From Zancudomyces culisetae HAW-14-8 (Eukaryota; Fungi; Kickxellomycota), in the NCBI GenBank assembly GCA_052426225.1, contig JBNJNM010000011.1, positions 310,001 through 374,000 of the forward strand: a stretch of 64,000 bases of DNA, read 5' to 3'. Positions 45,816 to 58,163 of this stretch are shown here, in pieces. The notes below the pieces were generated by a model. It worked only from the letters and a program-made list of their open reading frames with translations, ran no database searches and was not told the DNA's origin. Every line of letters begins with the position of its first letter. The first letter of the stretch is position 1. The position numbers and the translations under genes were made by a program.

Positions 45816-47629
45816 ACTCTCAAATCACTTTTCAGTTGATTTTTTAGGTCGTGTTTTACTATTTATACTATTTGTATTGATGTATTTTTAGTTACTTTGC
45901 ATGTCCAACTAAAGGCGTAAATGCAAATGGTAATATATAAAGTTTAGTCTTGCTTGATCCAATGGGTACCCAAAAAGTATAAAAAAATAGGATAAAATAA
46001 ATGTGTATTTATATTATTTTTTTGGTAGATTCTCCTGTACATGCCAAAGTTTTATGATGGTGTCTTTATTGCTATAATACGCACATACTTACCAAATAAC
46101 ATAAACTCAATATTTTACCACTAAAGAGTAAGAGACATATCATAACCACAGCCTTTGCACCCGCCATTTTTTTTTATTTAGGCTAATTTAATACATTGTC
46201 TGCTATTTCTGCCATCCCTTCATTGAAAATCGATGGTAAACCGCGACAAGAGTATATATATATACTTTATCTTTGAAAGCCAACAACTTTTCTCTCAACC
46301 CCAAAGGGTATTAAAGGTACCTGTTTAGATAAAGATTCTCAATCATATTGTTTAAACAGGATATACATACTTTGTGTGCTCAATCATACATGCATTTGGT
46401 TTTTTTTTCTGTCTTTTTTTTACACTTCCCTTTGTCTTTAGTTGAAGCTGAGAAGGGAGATGCAGATCGCCAATTAATTGGTACCAAATTTGTTACCAAA
46501 CAGGTTTAGAAAAACAATAAAGGCTGTGTAAAACTATATGAAAATATCATTTGATTCGACCTAACATTTCCCCTCCTCCTCCTCTTCGGTGTGTCCTAGT
46601 TTCAGATAAATTCAGGTATTTACAAAAAAATCAGACTTACCACTTTAATAGGAATGAATGTTTTAGTCTCTTTTTAAAGCTAGTAAAAAGAAAAACAATA
46701 CTGCACGTTTCGTTTATCCTATAAAAACCAAGCCCAGCTTCGATTTCAGTTACCAATATTAATGATTACCAGCATCCATTCACTTTAATGATCCGGTGTC
46801 AACGTGAGACAAGTAACAATCAGCTATGTTGAGCCGAGAGTAAAAAACAACGTGTGTTGTGTAATTTCCTTTCGGTTAGTTTTCGAGATGAAGTGTATGT
46901 ATTGTATTTGTTAGTATTAAAACTAAAGAAAAATAACACAGCTGCTCACTGGGAACAAAGTTTTGTAAATACAATACCAGAATCAGTGATTCACCAGCTT
47001 TCTACACCAACACAGTTTGGCAAGCCAGCTTGATTCTTGGATCAGAGGAGCCTCAACTTTGAGAGCTTTTAAGTATCCCCCTCCTCCTCTCCCCCCCTTT
47101 TTCTCTCCAGCCCCGTAGAGAAATTCCTTTGTACTCGCTTTATATAAAGTTATTGGGTCTTACTAAAATATAGAGTACAAAAAATGTGTTTTAAAGTAAA
47201 AGGTTACATCACATCCAAGAAGTTATCAATCAATGTAAATCACGATAATCAAATGTTTGTTCCAGGCAATAATACTAAAAGCGGAATTATTGGTCGCCAT
47301 TGCCATCTGAGATAACTATGCTTGTTGTTTGCTGGTTAGTATAGTGCCTGAGTGGGTAGATGACCACAAAGACAAGCATACGAACTCAATCTCATAGTCG
47401 CTACGACAATCAAGCAAAAAGACATATAATCCTGCTTAAGGCATGAGATATGCCAAGTAAATTAAATTTGTGTATTAAATGATACAGTGCAAAGAGGATC
47501 AATCAAACTATAAAATACAAAGAGCTGGATAATATAAATAAAAGATAAAACATCGAAAGGGCGGGTGATGGCAATGGATGAATTATCAGTGTTGTAAAGG
47601 TTGTGAAAGAAAACATTAAAAGCGGAAAA

Positions 47630-48663
47630 TCACATTATAGCCTTGACAATATCGCGAACGGGGGCGAACTCTCTTGAGCTCACCAGACGAAACCTTGTTA
47701 CAAATAATACGAAATGGTGAAAGCTTGTATTGAGCACACTTTTTAACCCTGCATCACAAACTGCAGAAAAATGGTGGTGATATAGGTGAGAATAAACCCT
47801 AAGTAATCTCTTGAACACAACAGATGCGACTTCCGTGATGAAATTCTCGTCAAATCTGGCATCCTTTTCTACTGGGAATGTTGTTTCGTCATCTATCAAT
47901 GTGTTTATCCACCGCATCAAATTGCTTATATACGCATTTGCCGGCATTCTTGTTGGACGTACGTATTCGCCTCTATCGACCCATAGGTATTCGTATCTAT
48001 ATGCAATAGAAGAAATACATTAATAAAATACTCTGAATATATAGCCACTACACACCACCTGCTGTTTTTAAAAAATGCATACTTCATAGTATAGAGTAAT
48101 GACAGGAGGTACTGCCATCGATATTTGTGATGCATTTTAATTGGCGAGAAAAAAGAACGGAACCTACTTTGGACCAGCTGACATTGTTGGGCATGTGGTA
48201 TCTGTGCATAAATGTGAGATTGACGAGTACAGTATGCTGGTATGGTTGTAAAAATCCAGTACTATAAAATATGTGCAATTGTTGTTAGGTAAACCCCAGC
48301 CAAGTCTATGCAGGTAAAGCTGGCTTTACTTTTGGCTGTTAAAAACCTTTTGCAAAAAAAAAAATTTTTTCAGCTATAAACAACATTTATGCTCCATTTG
48401 AGGCAAAAGTTTTACCAGTAAAAATGACAAGAAAAAGAATACTTACTGTGACAGGCGATCCACTCCGACTTGTCCTCACCTTCAGGCAAGTTTACAGCCA
48501 GCTTTAGACTATCTTCGCCCAGAGTATCTTCAGCAAACTGCCTTAATTGAAATTTAAGCGATCCGGTAGCAGGGCCTCTGTCGTATCCCCGATGGTTTCT
48601 TTCAAACATATTCCACTGGTCGTTGTCCAGAAGCATTGCCTGTTCACCACCTTCTTTATCCAT
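47630..48663 (-). CDS. MOB1: MOB1-family kinase activator; exons 48663-48447, 48261-48168, 47996-47630
   Basis: LKLAVNLPEGEDKSEWIACHILDFYNH...LCTDTTCPTMSAGPKYEYLW...FKRLLRVYSHLYHHHF...LNTSFHHF. Start codon is uncertain. Confidence 0.88.
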
Positions 48664-51600
48664 GTGTTGATAACTTTTGCCTTTTTTTTCCTCTGTTAAA
48701 GCTGGTTTGAATAGAGTCCTTGCTGTTACCTTTACTTGCAATGCAAAAACTATAAAAAAATGTATCGGCGAATATATATATATTGTGGTTGGTTCTATTT
48801 ATAAGGGTGTCCGATCAGTTTGCACACTTTTGACTCTTTAGTGTTTTTTTTTTATCAGGCCGAATGTGTTTATACCAAGATGTTGCAAAAATACCACAGT
48901 AATGTAAGGTTGTATATGATATTCGAAAAAAAAGAGAGAGAAGGATGCGAGGAGTAGAAGGGTTTAGAAAGCGGGTTTTTTTATTTTATACAGATTTAAA
49001 AAAAAAAGTACCAGTAAGATAAAAGCAGCCTCACAAAGACTACTATACAAATTGACAGAAATTTTTTTGTCTTTTTCACAACTATGCTTTGTGCAACGAA
49101 GTGTTTGGACAGCGATTGATTTGGTCAACCGTCGTTTTTAATGGGAATCTAAGATTTGAAAACCTTGGGTAATATGCTTTGTTGGAAACCATAATCTAAT
49201 ATTAGTATTTACCAGAACAAGGGGAAGCTAGTGATAGGAATGATATTTGAACATAAGTGATAGTTTGTGCTGATACAAACCAAGGAGAGATATATATCAG
49301 ATAAAGCAAGAAGGTAATTATAAATAAGTAAAATAAGCTAGCCAGTGGAGAGCAGATAACTGAGTAGGATAAAAAATAGTAAACAAAAACAACTGTATGT
49401 ATATGTCCGTATGTACATATACAACGAACAAAGTTAAGTGTGCAACATCAGAGCTTCCGGAAAAGTAGCAACAGATCTCGTTTTTTTTTGCAAACTGACG
49501 CAAGAGACTACCTAGCTCTTCGCAGAAAAAAAGAAGCTAAAGAAAACACTTTGAAATGTAATGTTATGACGTAAGTTTATAAATAAGCGTTATTATATCA
49601 CCATGTAAAAGGAAAGTATGTGCAGTTTTTCTAACGGCTTTTAATTTATTTACAAATTGGCACATATTAAGGTTGTTGATCTCACCAACTGAAAAAAAAC
49701 GCAGCTGACCCAACAAATGACGAGAATAAAAATAAACTAATTCAGCAGGAAAAAAAAGCAAAACAGTAGTTTCAGCTTTTTCTCTGGATCGCTTTATTTG
49801 CGTGTTCTAAATTATGCTTTTTGAATTGCTTTATTAAGCCAGAATTAGTAATATAGATAAAATAATTAACACGAATAATCAACAAAAAAAAAAACACCAC
49901 TAGTAGTGTAATTCGAAAAACCTCACACTCTCTTACTGGTGATACTGCTGGAAAGGCGATTCCTGCTGTCTTTGTTCTTGATTAAAAGGACAGTTGATTC
50001 ACATGGAGATAAAACTATGCATAATCTAGAGATAACTAAAAGGAGGCTCAACCCTTAAATGTGGTTTTTTCTTGTTGCCAGAGGAAGTGTTGGTTGTTAT
50101 TGATAGTGTGTATTTGCCTTTAGTGAAGTCGCCGCGGCCAACAGCTGCTGCAGGTAACTCTAAAAAACTCTCAACTGTGCCATATACTAAGATGCTGCTG
50201 ATTGTTGCTGAAAACGCTTTGCGGTTAGATGCACACAGAACTTGCTTGTTCATCCTCGTGCAATAAACCATAGTGAAGGGATGAGAGTAGTGTAAGTGTG
50301 AGTGTTAGTATACAAAATAATAGAAATACTGATGGCTACCGCGGATCCTACTCCTATGTAAACTAAGATACGAACATCACCTGTTTAAGAAATAATACTG
50401 GAATAAGCAGACGCAGTAATAAATTTCAACAACTTTCCAGGGATATATTGGAAAGATCATACAAAAAAATAGTTGTATTATTCATGTGGGTATATATCTG
50501 GCCACCCTTTTCATCAAAATTTATTACTGTTGAAATACGTTAGTGAGGTAGGTATGTGGATGAAACAGAGCCAGGTATTAGCTGACTCGAATAAGGTTAG
50601 TGCCTATTTTTTTTGTACTTCCACTTAGCTAATGAAGGCGTGATAGGCTGCAAATACAGGATATAAAAATGCGTGCGATGTCAAAAAGCAAGATTTTCAA
50701 TATTGGTATAACAAACGGTACGTACAGACAGCGCAACTAAAGGTCTTTATAACTTGTTCTAAAATCATTTTATCCTATCTGTTCTTGTTGTCTGATATTC
50801 TACCACGGTGGTGGTGATGGTTGTGTACTATTGCTCATAATTTGAAACCTTGGAAAAGTCCGAGAAGATACAAGAAGACAATATTTTGGCTGGGATTTTT
50901 TTTTCTAAAATAAAAACAAAGGTGTTTGGGATTGATGTGGTACTCAGTGTAGTCAGTGTGCATTGGAAGATATGTGGTATTGTAATTGTTAATATGTGGA
51001 TGACAGATTATTGTGTATTTTGTGTTTTGTATTTTTATTTTGGTTTTATGTTATGTGCATAAATCTGATTAGAATTCATCACATACTCGGAGTATCTGAA
51101 ATATAACAGTAAATAAGAAGCTAGAATTAACAGGCGTATTGCTTACTAAATACAAATGGTTTTAGCAAAAGATGCTAAATGGAATAGATACTAATAAATA
51201 TGAATATGATTTTTAAATGCGAGAAAATTTTGTTTTAAACTTCAACATCAGTTGTGTTAGGACAAAAAGAGGTCAACTCTTGAAAAGGGGGAAAGGGGGA
51301 GGGTAAGGGGGATGGGATTTTGTTTTATATTAGTAGCAAGGGAATACAAAAAACCAAGCGGCGAGATGTGTTTGTATTGGAGGTTCGCAGTTGGCTTGAA
51401 AAGTTGATGCAGTGAAAAGCTAGATATGGAATCACCACTTTTTCATATGAACCTTTTTTATATAAACCAGATGTATTTTTTTTTGTAGTTTAGTTCTGCA
51501 AGTCTGTTTCAATATTCAGCATGATTGCAAAAAGTTTAGAAAAAATCAAAGGGTGTTTGCTTATGGAATTTTTGTGGTTAATTGGTTTTTCTTTTGGAGT

Positions 51601-52130
51601 CTCATTCCCTCTTGCTTATAACCTATTTTTTTGAGTTTGTGAGCTATAATAAATGAAAGTCTGAAATGGAAAAAAAGAATAAGGAAAGAAAAAAGGAAAA
51701 ATAAATTGCGGGTATAAACAAATAATAGTGAGATAATTACACAGGAAGTATTGGATATTAAATGGCAAATAAACTGAAATAATATATTTAAATTTGTGGT
51801 AGAGTTTTGTATAATCATACTTTGAATAAAAACAGTTGTAGCATTGTAAAAATATAATTATTATTGTATTGACACATGTTACAACTAAACAATAAAATAG
51901 TACAACGTTAAAGTATTAAAAAAGAGTTAAAATAAAGGGCTCAATAATAAGGAACCAATAAATCGATATCTATAAGACACAACCAGGCTACCAAATCATT
52001 CACCAAAAAAAAGTCTATAAAAAAAGGGGTGGAAGGACGTCTAATCTCTATTGCTTTTAGGGGTGTGTGTATATAAATAGTAAAAAGATAAAAGAGCAGT
52101 ACGCCAAATAATGAACAAGCACATAAAATA

Positions 52131-53678
52131 ATGAATCAGGAAAAAAAGAATAACGTATGTTTAGTGATTATAGATGGATACGGAATAAACAAAAACAAAG
52201 AGTATAAATACGACGCTACGAGGGAAGCATATACGCCATGTCTAGACAAAATCAAAAAACTAGCTAGTTATCGGGAATTGAAAGCGGCAGGCCATGAAGT
52301 AGGGATACCGGAAGGGCAGACAGGAAATTCGAAGGTGGGGCACATGACAACCGGATGTGGACGAGTAGTGTACCAAGATAAAGTGCGGATTGACTTGGTG
52401 GTGAAGAATGGTGAGATGGGAAAGGTGGAAAATGTGAAGCAGGCATTTGAAACTGCAAAGCGCAAGAATGGGAGGCTTCATTTTTGCGGCCTGTTATCGG
52501 ATGGTGGAGTGCATAGCGATATTGAACATTTAAGAGCACTGATAGCAGCGGCCATGACTGCAGGGGTTCCAGAATGCTACGTGCACGGGATAGCTGATGG
52601 GAGAGACAGCGAGCAATACAGTGTACTGCGATACGTGGAGGAGTTGGAGAGAGAGATGCAAGAAAGTGGGTATGGCAAGATAGCAAGTGTAGTGGGGCGA
52701 TACTATGCAATGGACCGGACGCGGCGGTGGGAGCGGATCAAAGTAGCATTCGACAGCATGACACAGGGTGTGGGTGAATGCAGTATGGATTTGGTGGGGA
52801 CAATGAAACAACGCTTTGAAAGCACGGAGGAGACAGATGAAACACTGGGGCCGATTATTTCGGTTGGGGCAGACCAACAGAAGGTTGGGTTGATTGGTGA
52901 TGGTGATACAGTGTTTTTCTTTAATTTCCGATCTGACCGGATGCGGTTTTTGGTGCAAGCGTTTGGACAGCGGCCAGTACCGATAGACTCGGCACTGCCC
53001 GACAATCTTGACATTTTTACGATGACTAGCTACAAGGAAAGCTTTCCATTTCGTCCCGCATTCCCACCACAAAGTATGGCCAACTCGTTGCCAGAGTGGT
53101 TAGATAAACATGGTGTGCAACAGTGCTACATTGCTGAGTCTGAGAAGTTTGCGTACTTGACGTTCTTTTTTAATGGTGGAAACGAACAGCAATTTGCTAC
53201 CGAAAATCGGATCCTTGTCCAGTCTCCTATTGCTCAGTCATACGAAGCTACTCCTGACATGTCCGTAAAGGATGTCGCTGAGGTCACATGCCAAGCCCTT
53301 GCGTCCAATGCGTACCAGCTTGTTGTCGCTAACCTTGCTGCTCCAGATATCCTCGCACATACTGGCAATTTTCATGCAACTTGCAAAGCCGTCGAGGCTA
53401 CAGACATGGCTATACAACGCATCTATAACAGCTGTATTCACAACAACTATACCCTCATCATCACCTCTGACCACGGAAACTGTGAGGTTATGGTCGACTC
53501 CAATAACAACATCAACTGCGACCATACTGCCTCACCCGTTCCCTTTGTCGTGGTTGACAACGATGTAAAACTGCTGAACGCCCCTGACCTTTCGCTTTGT
53601 GATATAGCTCCCACTGTTCTGCACTACATGGGATACTCAATCCCTCCGGAAATGACTGGAAGGTCTCTGTTGTTGTAG
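52131..53678 (+). CDS. gpmI: 2,3-bisphosphoglycerate-independent phosphoglycerate mutase (iPGM)
   Basis: IIDGYG, GNSKVGH, SDGGVHS, DGRD, GRYYAMDR, FNFRSDR, TFFFNGG, DHGN, DIAPT motifs. Confidence 0.95.
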   Translation: MNQEKKNNVCLVIIDGYGINKNKEYKYDATREAYTPCLDKIKKLASYRELKAAGHEVGIPEGQTGNSKVGHMTTGCGRVVYQDKVRIDLVVKNGEMGKVENVKQAFETAKRKNGRLHFCGLLSDGGVHSDIEHLRALIAAAMTAGVPECYVHGIADGRDSEQYSVLRYVEELEREMQESGYGKIASVVGRYYAMDRTRRWERIKVAFDSMTQGVGECSMDLVGTMKQRFESTEETDETLGPIISVGADQQKVGLIGDGDTVFFFNFRSDRMRFLVQAFGQRPVPIDSALPDNLDIFTMTSYKESFPFRPAFPPQSMANSLPEWLDKHGVQQCYIAESEKFAYLTFFFNGGNEQQFATENRILVQSPIAQSYEATPDMSVKDVAEVTCQALASNAYQLVVANLAAPDILAHTGNFHATCKAVEATDMAIQRIYNSCIHNNYTLIITSDHGNCEVMVDSNNNINCDHTASPVPFVVVDNDVKLLNAPDLSLCDIAPTVLHYMGYSIPPEMTGRSLLL

Positions 53679-54210
53679 CTCTTGCTGCTATCTTATATGT
53701 TATATTCCGTTCTTTACTCTGTATTCTCTTATCACCCATTTTTGCCTATTTTTGACACTACCTGTTTGTTTACCTTTGGTTCGTATCAGCAAATCCCTTA
53801 TACAATCACGTGCTTACTTTTGTGTTTTTTTTCTGCAAAATAAACACCAGTTTAAACAGGTTTATCTATAAAATCCAGATAGTTTTATTACGTTTTATTT
53901 TAATGTGAGAGCATTTATTGGTTGGTTGGTTAGTTGCGCAATTCTGCAATAATCAAAATCTTCCTTCCCTTCCCAACCTCACTGTTTCCACTATCTTTTT
54001 TTTTTCTTGAAAAAATTAATCTTACATAAAAATAATAACAGTAAAGCTAAACAAAAATCTAAAGCAAGAATTTTTTTATCTGGTTTTGAATTTAAAACTG
54101 AATTTCAGAATTCGATTTACTGTATTCTTTCATACTTGAATTCGAATGCGAATCATTTACAAAACTTTTAGAAGAGAAACACTGTAAACGAGTATAAACA
54201 TAAAATCAAA

Positions 54211-55013
54211 ATGTTCAGACTGGCTGTTAAAAACACATGTAAGTGCTTCAATCCGGAATTCCCCTTTTATAGTTTATAATTAATTTTCATTTACCTGAGG
54301 TATTTTACTCGTATTCTTAGTTTACAAGAGAGAGGAACCTAAAATTGATTTTATAATAATAACCTTTGCAATTAGTAACCAGATCCAAACCATCTGCATA
54401 TTCGATTTTGGCACAAGCCCAGGCTCAAACCCAAATTCGTTACAATTCTTCTGCTTCAAAATCAGTGCCAGCTAGATCCTCCTCAGCAACCTCATTAAAG
54501 AACATACCAAAAACACATGAGGAATTAAATACTCCAAGTAACGCTGCCGAATATGTATTCACAACCCTCGATAAAGTATACAACTGGGCATTTACGTCTT
54601 CCACTTGGCCCGTAACATTCGGACTTGCCTGTTGCGCCATGGAGATGATGCATATGGCCGCTGCTCGGTATGATCAGGATCGTGTTGGTATTGTGTTTCG
54701 AGCAACTCCACGCCAGTCCGATGTCATGATAGTCGCAGGAACACTAACGAACAAGATGGCACCGGCATTGCGACGCGTATACGACCAGATGCCAGAACCC
54801 AGATGGGTAATATCTATGGGAAGCTGTGCAAATGGTGGTGGTTATTATCACTATTCGTACGCAGTGGTCAGAGGATGTGACCGAGTCGTTCCTGTCGATG
54901 TTTATGTACCAGGATGTCCACCTACCGCCGAAGCTCTATTTTATGGAATTCTGCAACTACAAAAGAAAATTAAGCGAAACAGATTGACTACAATGTGGTA
55001 CAGAAAGTACTAA
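54211..55013 (+). CDS. NDUFS7: complex I PSST subunit, copy 1; exons 54211-54238, 54376-55013
   Basis: Targeting exon MFRLAVKNT; [36 protein letters not shown]. Confidence 0.95.
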
Positions 55014-56789
55014 TTCTTTTTTATAAATATGTTTTTTTTGGTTTAACCAACTTTGTGTTTGTTCCACTTCATTTATCTTTATTTAATTTTATCTCGTTTT
55101 ATTTTTCTTTCAGTCCGTCTTGCCTAAGTTCGCTTTGTTTCGTTTCAGTTTTGAATGGTTAGGCCGTAACCTATTGCTACCCAGTCTTCTTTTTTTGCAT
55201 TTGTTGTTGGGTTGTATCCAACTGACTTTGAATGCTATAGAAAGATGCTTTGGATTTCTCGATTTTTCTTTATTTATGCTCCTTATATTACCAAGTGCTT
55301 CTCGTATATTCGAATCGCGTAATACACTCGTTGTGTGATAGACTACTCATAACAAGATTAGTTTAGTTGGCTCTTAGTATTCAGATAGCCTATATATGAA
55401 CAAGGTTAAGCGTTTTTTTGCTGATCGTTTGTTATTTATTTATACCATTTTCATCTAAACGCGCCACTTGAGTTTCCTTGTATTCTATTATGGTATTCTT
55501 CTTTGATGATGACTAGCCATTTTGTACTTTCAAAATTAGCACAATTGTAAAGGATAGAACGTAGAGCGTAGAACCAAAAAGTGTACTGCAACTGGATAAT
55601 TAATACATCATCATTTGCCGAGTACCTTTTGATAAGAATATCACGCAACCGATGAAAAAAAAAAAACATGATTTCACAACTCATTATATTCTGGTTTGTG
55701 ATATTTGAAGGACATTTTGTTATTTACAATCAGAAAAGAGTACGGTTCGGAATGTATTTGCTAAGAGCACTCTTTTGTTGTCTTTTGTCCACAATCCCGT
55801 TTTGTTCATAAACTGATCAATGTAGTTCCAATTTTTTGTATCCCAGAAATTCGCATCAATTTTCGTTAATTATCTAAAAAGTTTACCACTGATTTCCTTC
55901 CCCCTTCACTTTTTCCAGTAAATAAAGAAACGTAATAACGCCATAATTCTGAAGAATAGGGTATTTTCCAATTTTATCGGCTTAGTTGATATATAGGTAT
56001 TTGTATTTGTAAAACCATGTTTTTTTCTATTGAAAATCATTCAAACGAAACATACTATATCAATAATACCACATAAATGGCGCCATTTCACAACACTTTC
56101 TCTCCCCCCCCCCTCACTTTGCTTATATCATTAAACCACATTGTTCATAAATATTGCTGTCTTTGCTAAATACATCTACTTATTTGTGTAGTACCTACTG
56201 CATATTATTGGCAATGTTTATAATCGTATCAATATTGTTATGATTTCTGCAACTCTTTTTTGTTTTTTTTTTGTTTCAAAGAAAAGAGTCTAGCCAACCA
56301 CTGAAGGTGGAGCGATACTAAACTTCATATATTTACTTCTTTGCAGCATACATACAAACTAACTCGTTGTAAGCGCAATCTCACGTCACGCTTAGACTTT
56401 ACTTTTTGCCCAATTCCTATCTCTCTCGCCTGCCATCCAACATTCACTTGTCACATACTCATTCTTTTTTGTTTTTATTACTCCGTAACTCTGTTCTCGC
56501 ATCCACTAACCCACAATCGAGTATTTTTTTTCTAATCTGTATCAATAGTCTTAAACATTTATTACATTTCCCTTTTGTTTTGAAAAGGCACATTTACTAT
56601 CGAGTTTTCCACTTTTTCTCTTTCTTTTCTACAGTTGTACTTTGATTCTCCAGTACGCACAAAAAATAAAGAAAAGTAAAACACCGGCTTTGCAAAGCTA
56701 TTTTGTTCATACTTTTATATACTCAGGTGTTAGTATATTATTATATTGTCCCTATAGCTATATATACCAATCAATATAAAACACCGAAA

Positions 56790-57603
56790 ATGATTAGGCT
56801 GGCGGCTAAAGCCACATGTTAGTAAAGACCATTTTCATATATACTCACATATACATTCATAAAAATATTATTAGTACTATTGTTGTAGTAATCCTATTAA
56901 AGTAGAACCGGTTTCTGCCAAATCTAAATATTTACAAATACTGTTATTCTTTTTCAAAATAGTACATAGGTCTACACCACTAATATATTCGACTTTGAAT
57001 CAGTTGCGATGTGCATCAACAACAACCACATCTAAAGTATCATCAAAATCGTTCTCCTCACCGGCCCCAGCCTCGGGACAATCACTAAGGAACCTACCAA
57101 AGACGCATGAACAACTAAATACTCCAAGCAATGCTGCCGAATATATAACCACAACTCTCGACAAGGTATACAACTGGGTATTTACGTCTTCCACTTGGCC
57201 CGTAACATTCGGACTTGCCTGTTGCGCCATAGAGATGATGCATATGGCCGCTGCTCGGTATGATCAGGATCGTATTGGTATTGTGTTTCGAGCAACTCCA
57301 CGCCAGTCCGATGTCATGATAGTCGCAGGAACACTAACGAACAAGATGGCACCGGCATTGCGACGCGTATACGACCAGATGCCAGAACCCAGATGGGTAA
57401 TATCTATGGGAAGCTGTGCAAATAGTGGTGGTTATTATCACTATTCGTACGCAGTGGTCAGAGGATGTGACCGAGTCGTCCCTGTCGATGTTTATGTACC
57501 AGGATGTCCACCTACCCCTGAGGCCTTGATGTATGGGATCTTGCAATTACACAAGAAAATCAAGCGAAACAGATTGACTACAATGTGGTACAGAAAGTAC
57601 TAA
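56790..57603 (+). CDS. NDUFS7: complex I PSST subunit, copy 2; exons 56790-56817, 56963-57603
   Basis: Targeting exon MIRLAAKAT with the same intron position and phase as copy 1; [28 protein letters not shown]. Confidence 0.93.
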
Positions 57604-58163
57604 ACCCACTGTCCTGGTGGGAAAATTCTTAGAGGAAATCTGCACAATTACAACAACTCTTGGATATACTCTTATTTTTAAAAATAAGTATAAATAAACT
57701 CATCTAGTTTTTTGTTCTCACTAACTAGACTTCAGCATCATTTTTTTCAAACAATGTGTGGTTTTCATTTCGATTATTTTCTGGTCCCGCCTCTGGGTTG
57801 CCGCAAAGTTTTTCTTTTTTTTTATCTTATAAGTTTGATTCTGGTATCAGCCAACTTTTTAAACAACATCTAAGTGTTCATATAACAATCAAGCCATAAT
57901 TAATAAAACAGTAGCCATATTGTTGTATATGCATATTTATGATGAAAATCTTTGAATGGACCACTCGTAAGTATTGTAAATGAACTGGCTGTTCTAGGAA
58001 TGATGTTTAGAGTAGCCGAGACATCTGAATATCCTAGTGATTTATCTTTTTCTTTGAAAAAAAAATAGAAGTAGACCATATGGGAAAGCAGGAATACTCT
58101 TAATGTTACAATGTGTTGAACCAGATTGTTATTATTATCTCACTAGTTACAGTCTCGCTAGAA

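Noticed and set aside
50026-50271. Overlapping short ORFs on both strands in the MOB1-iPGM intergenic region
   Set aside because: No family motifs or RNA-gene signature recognised.
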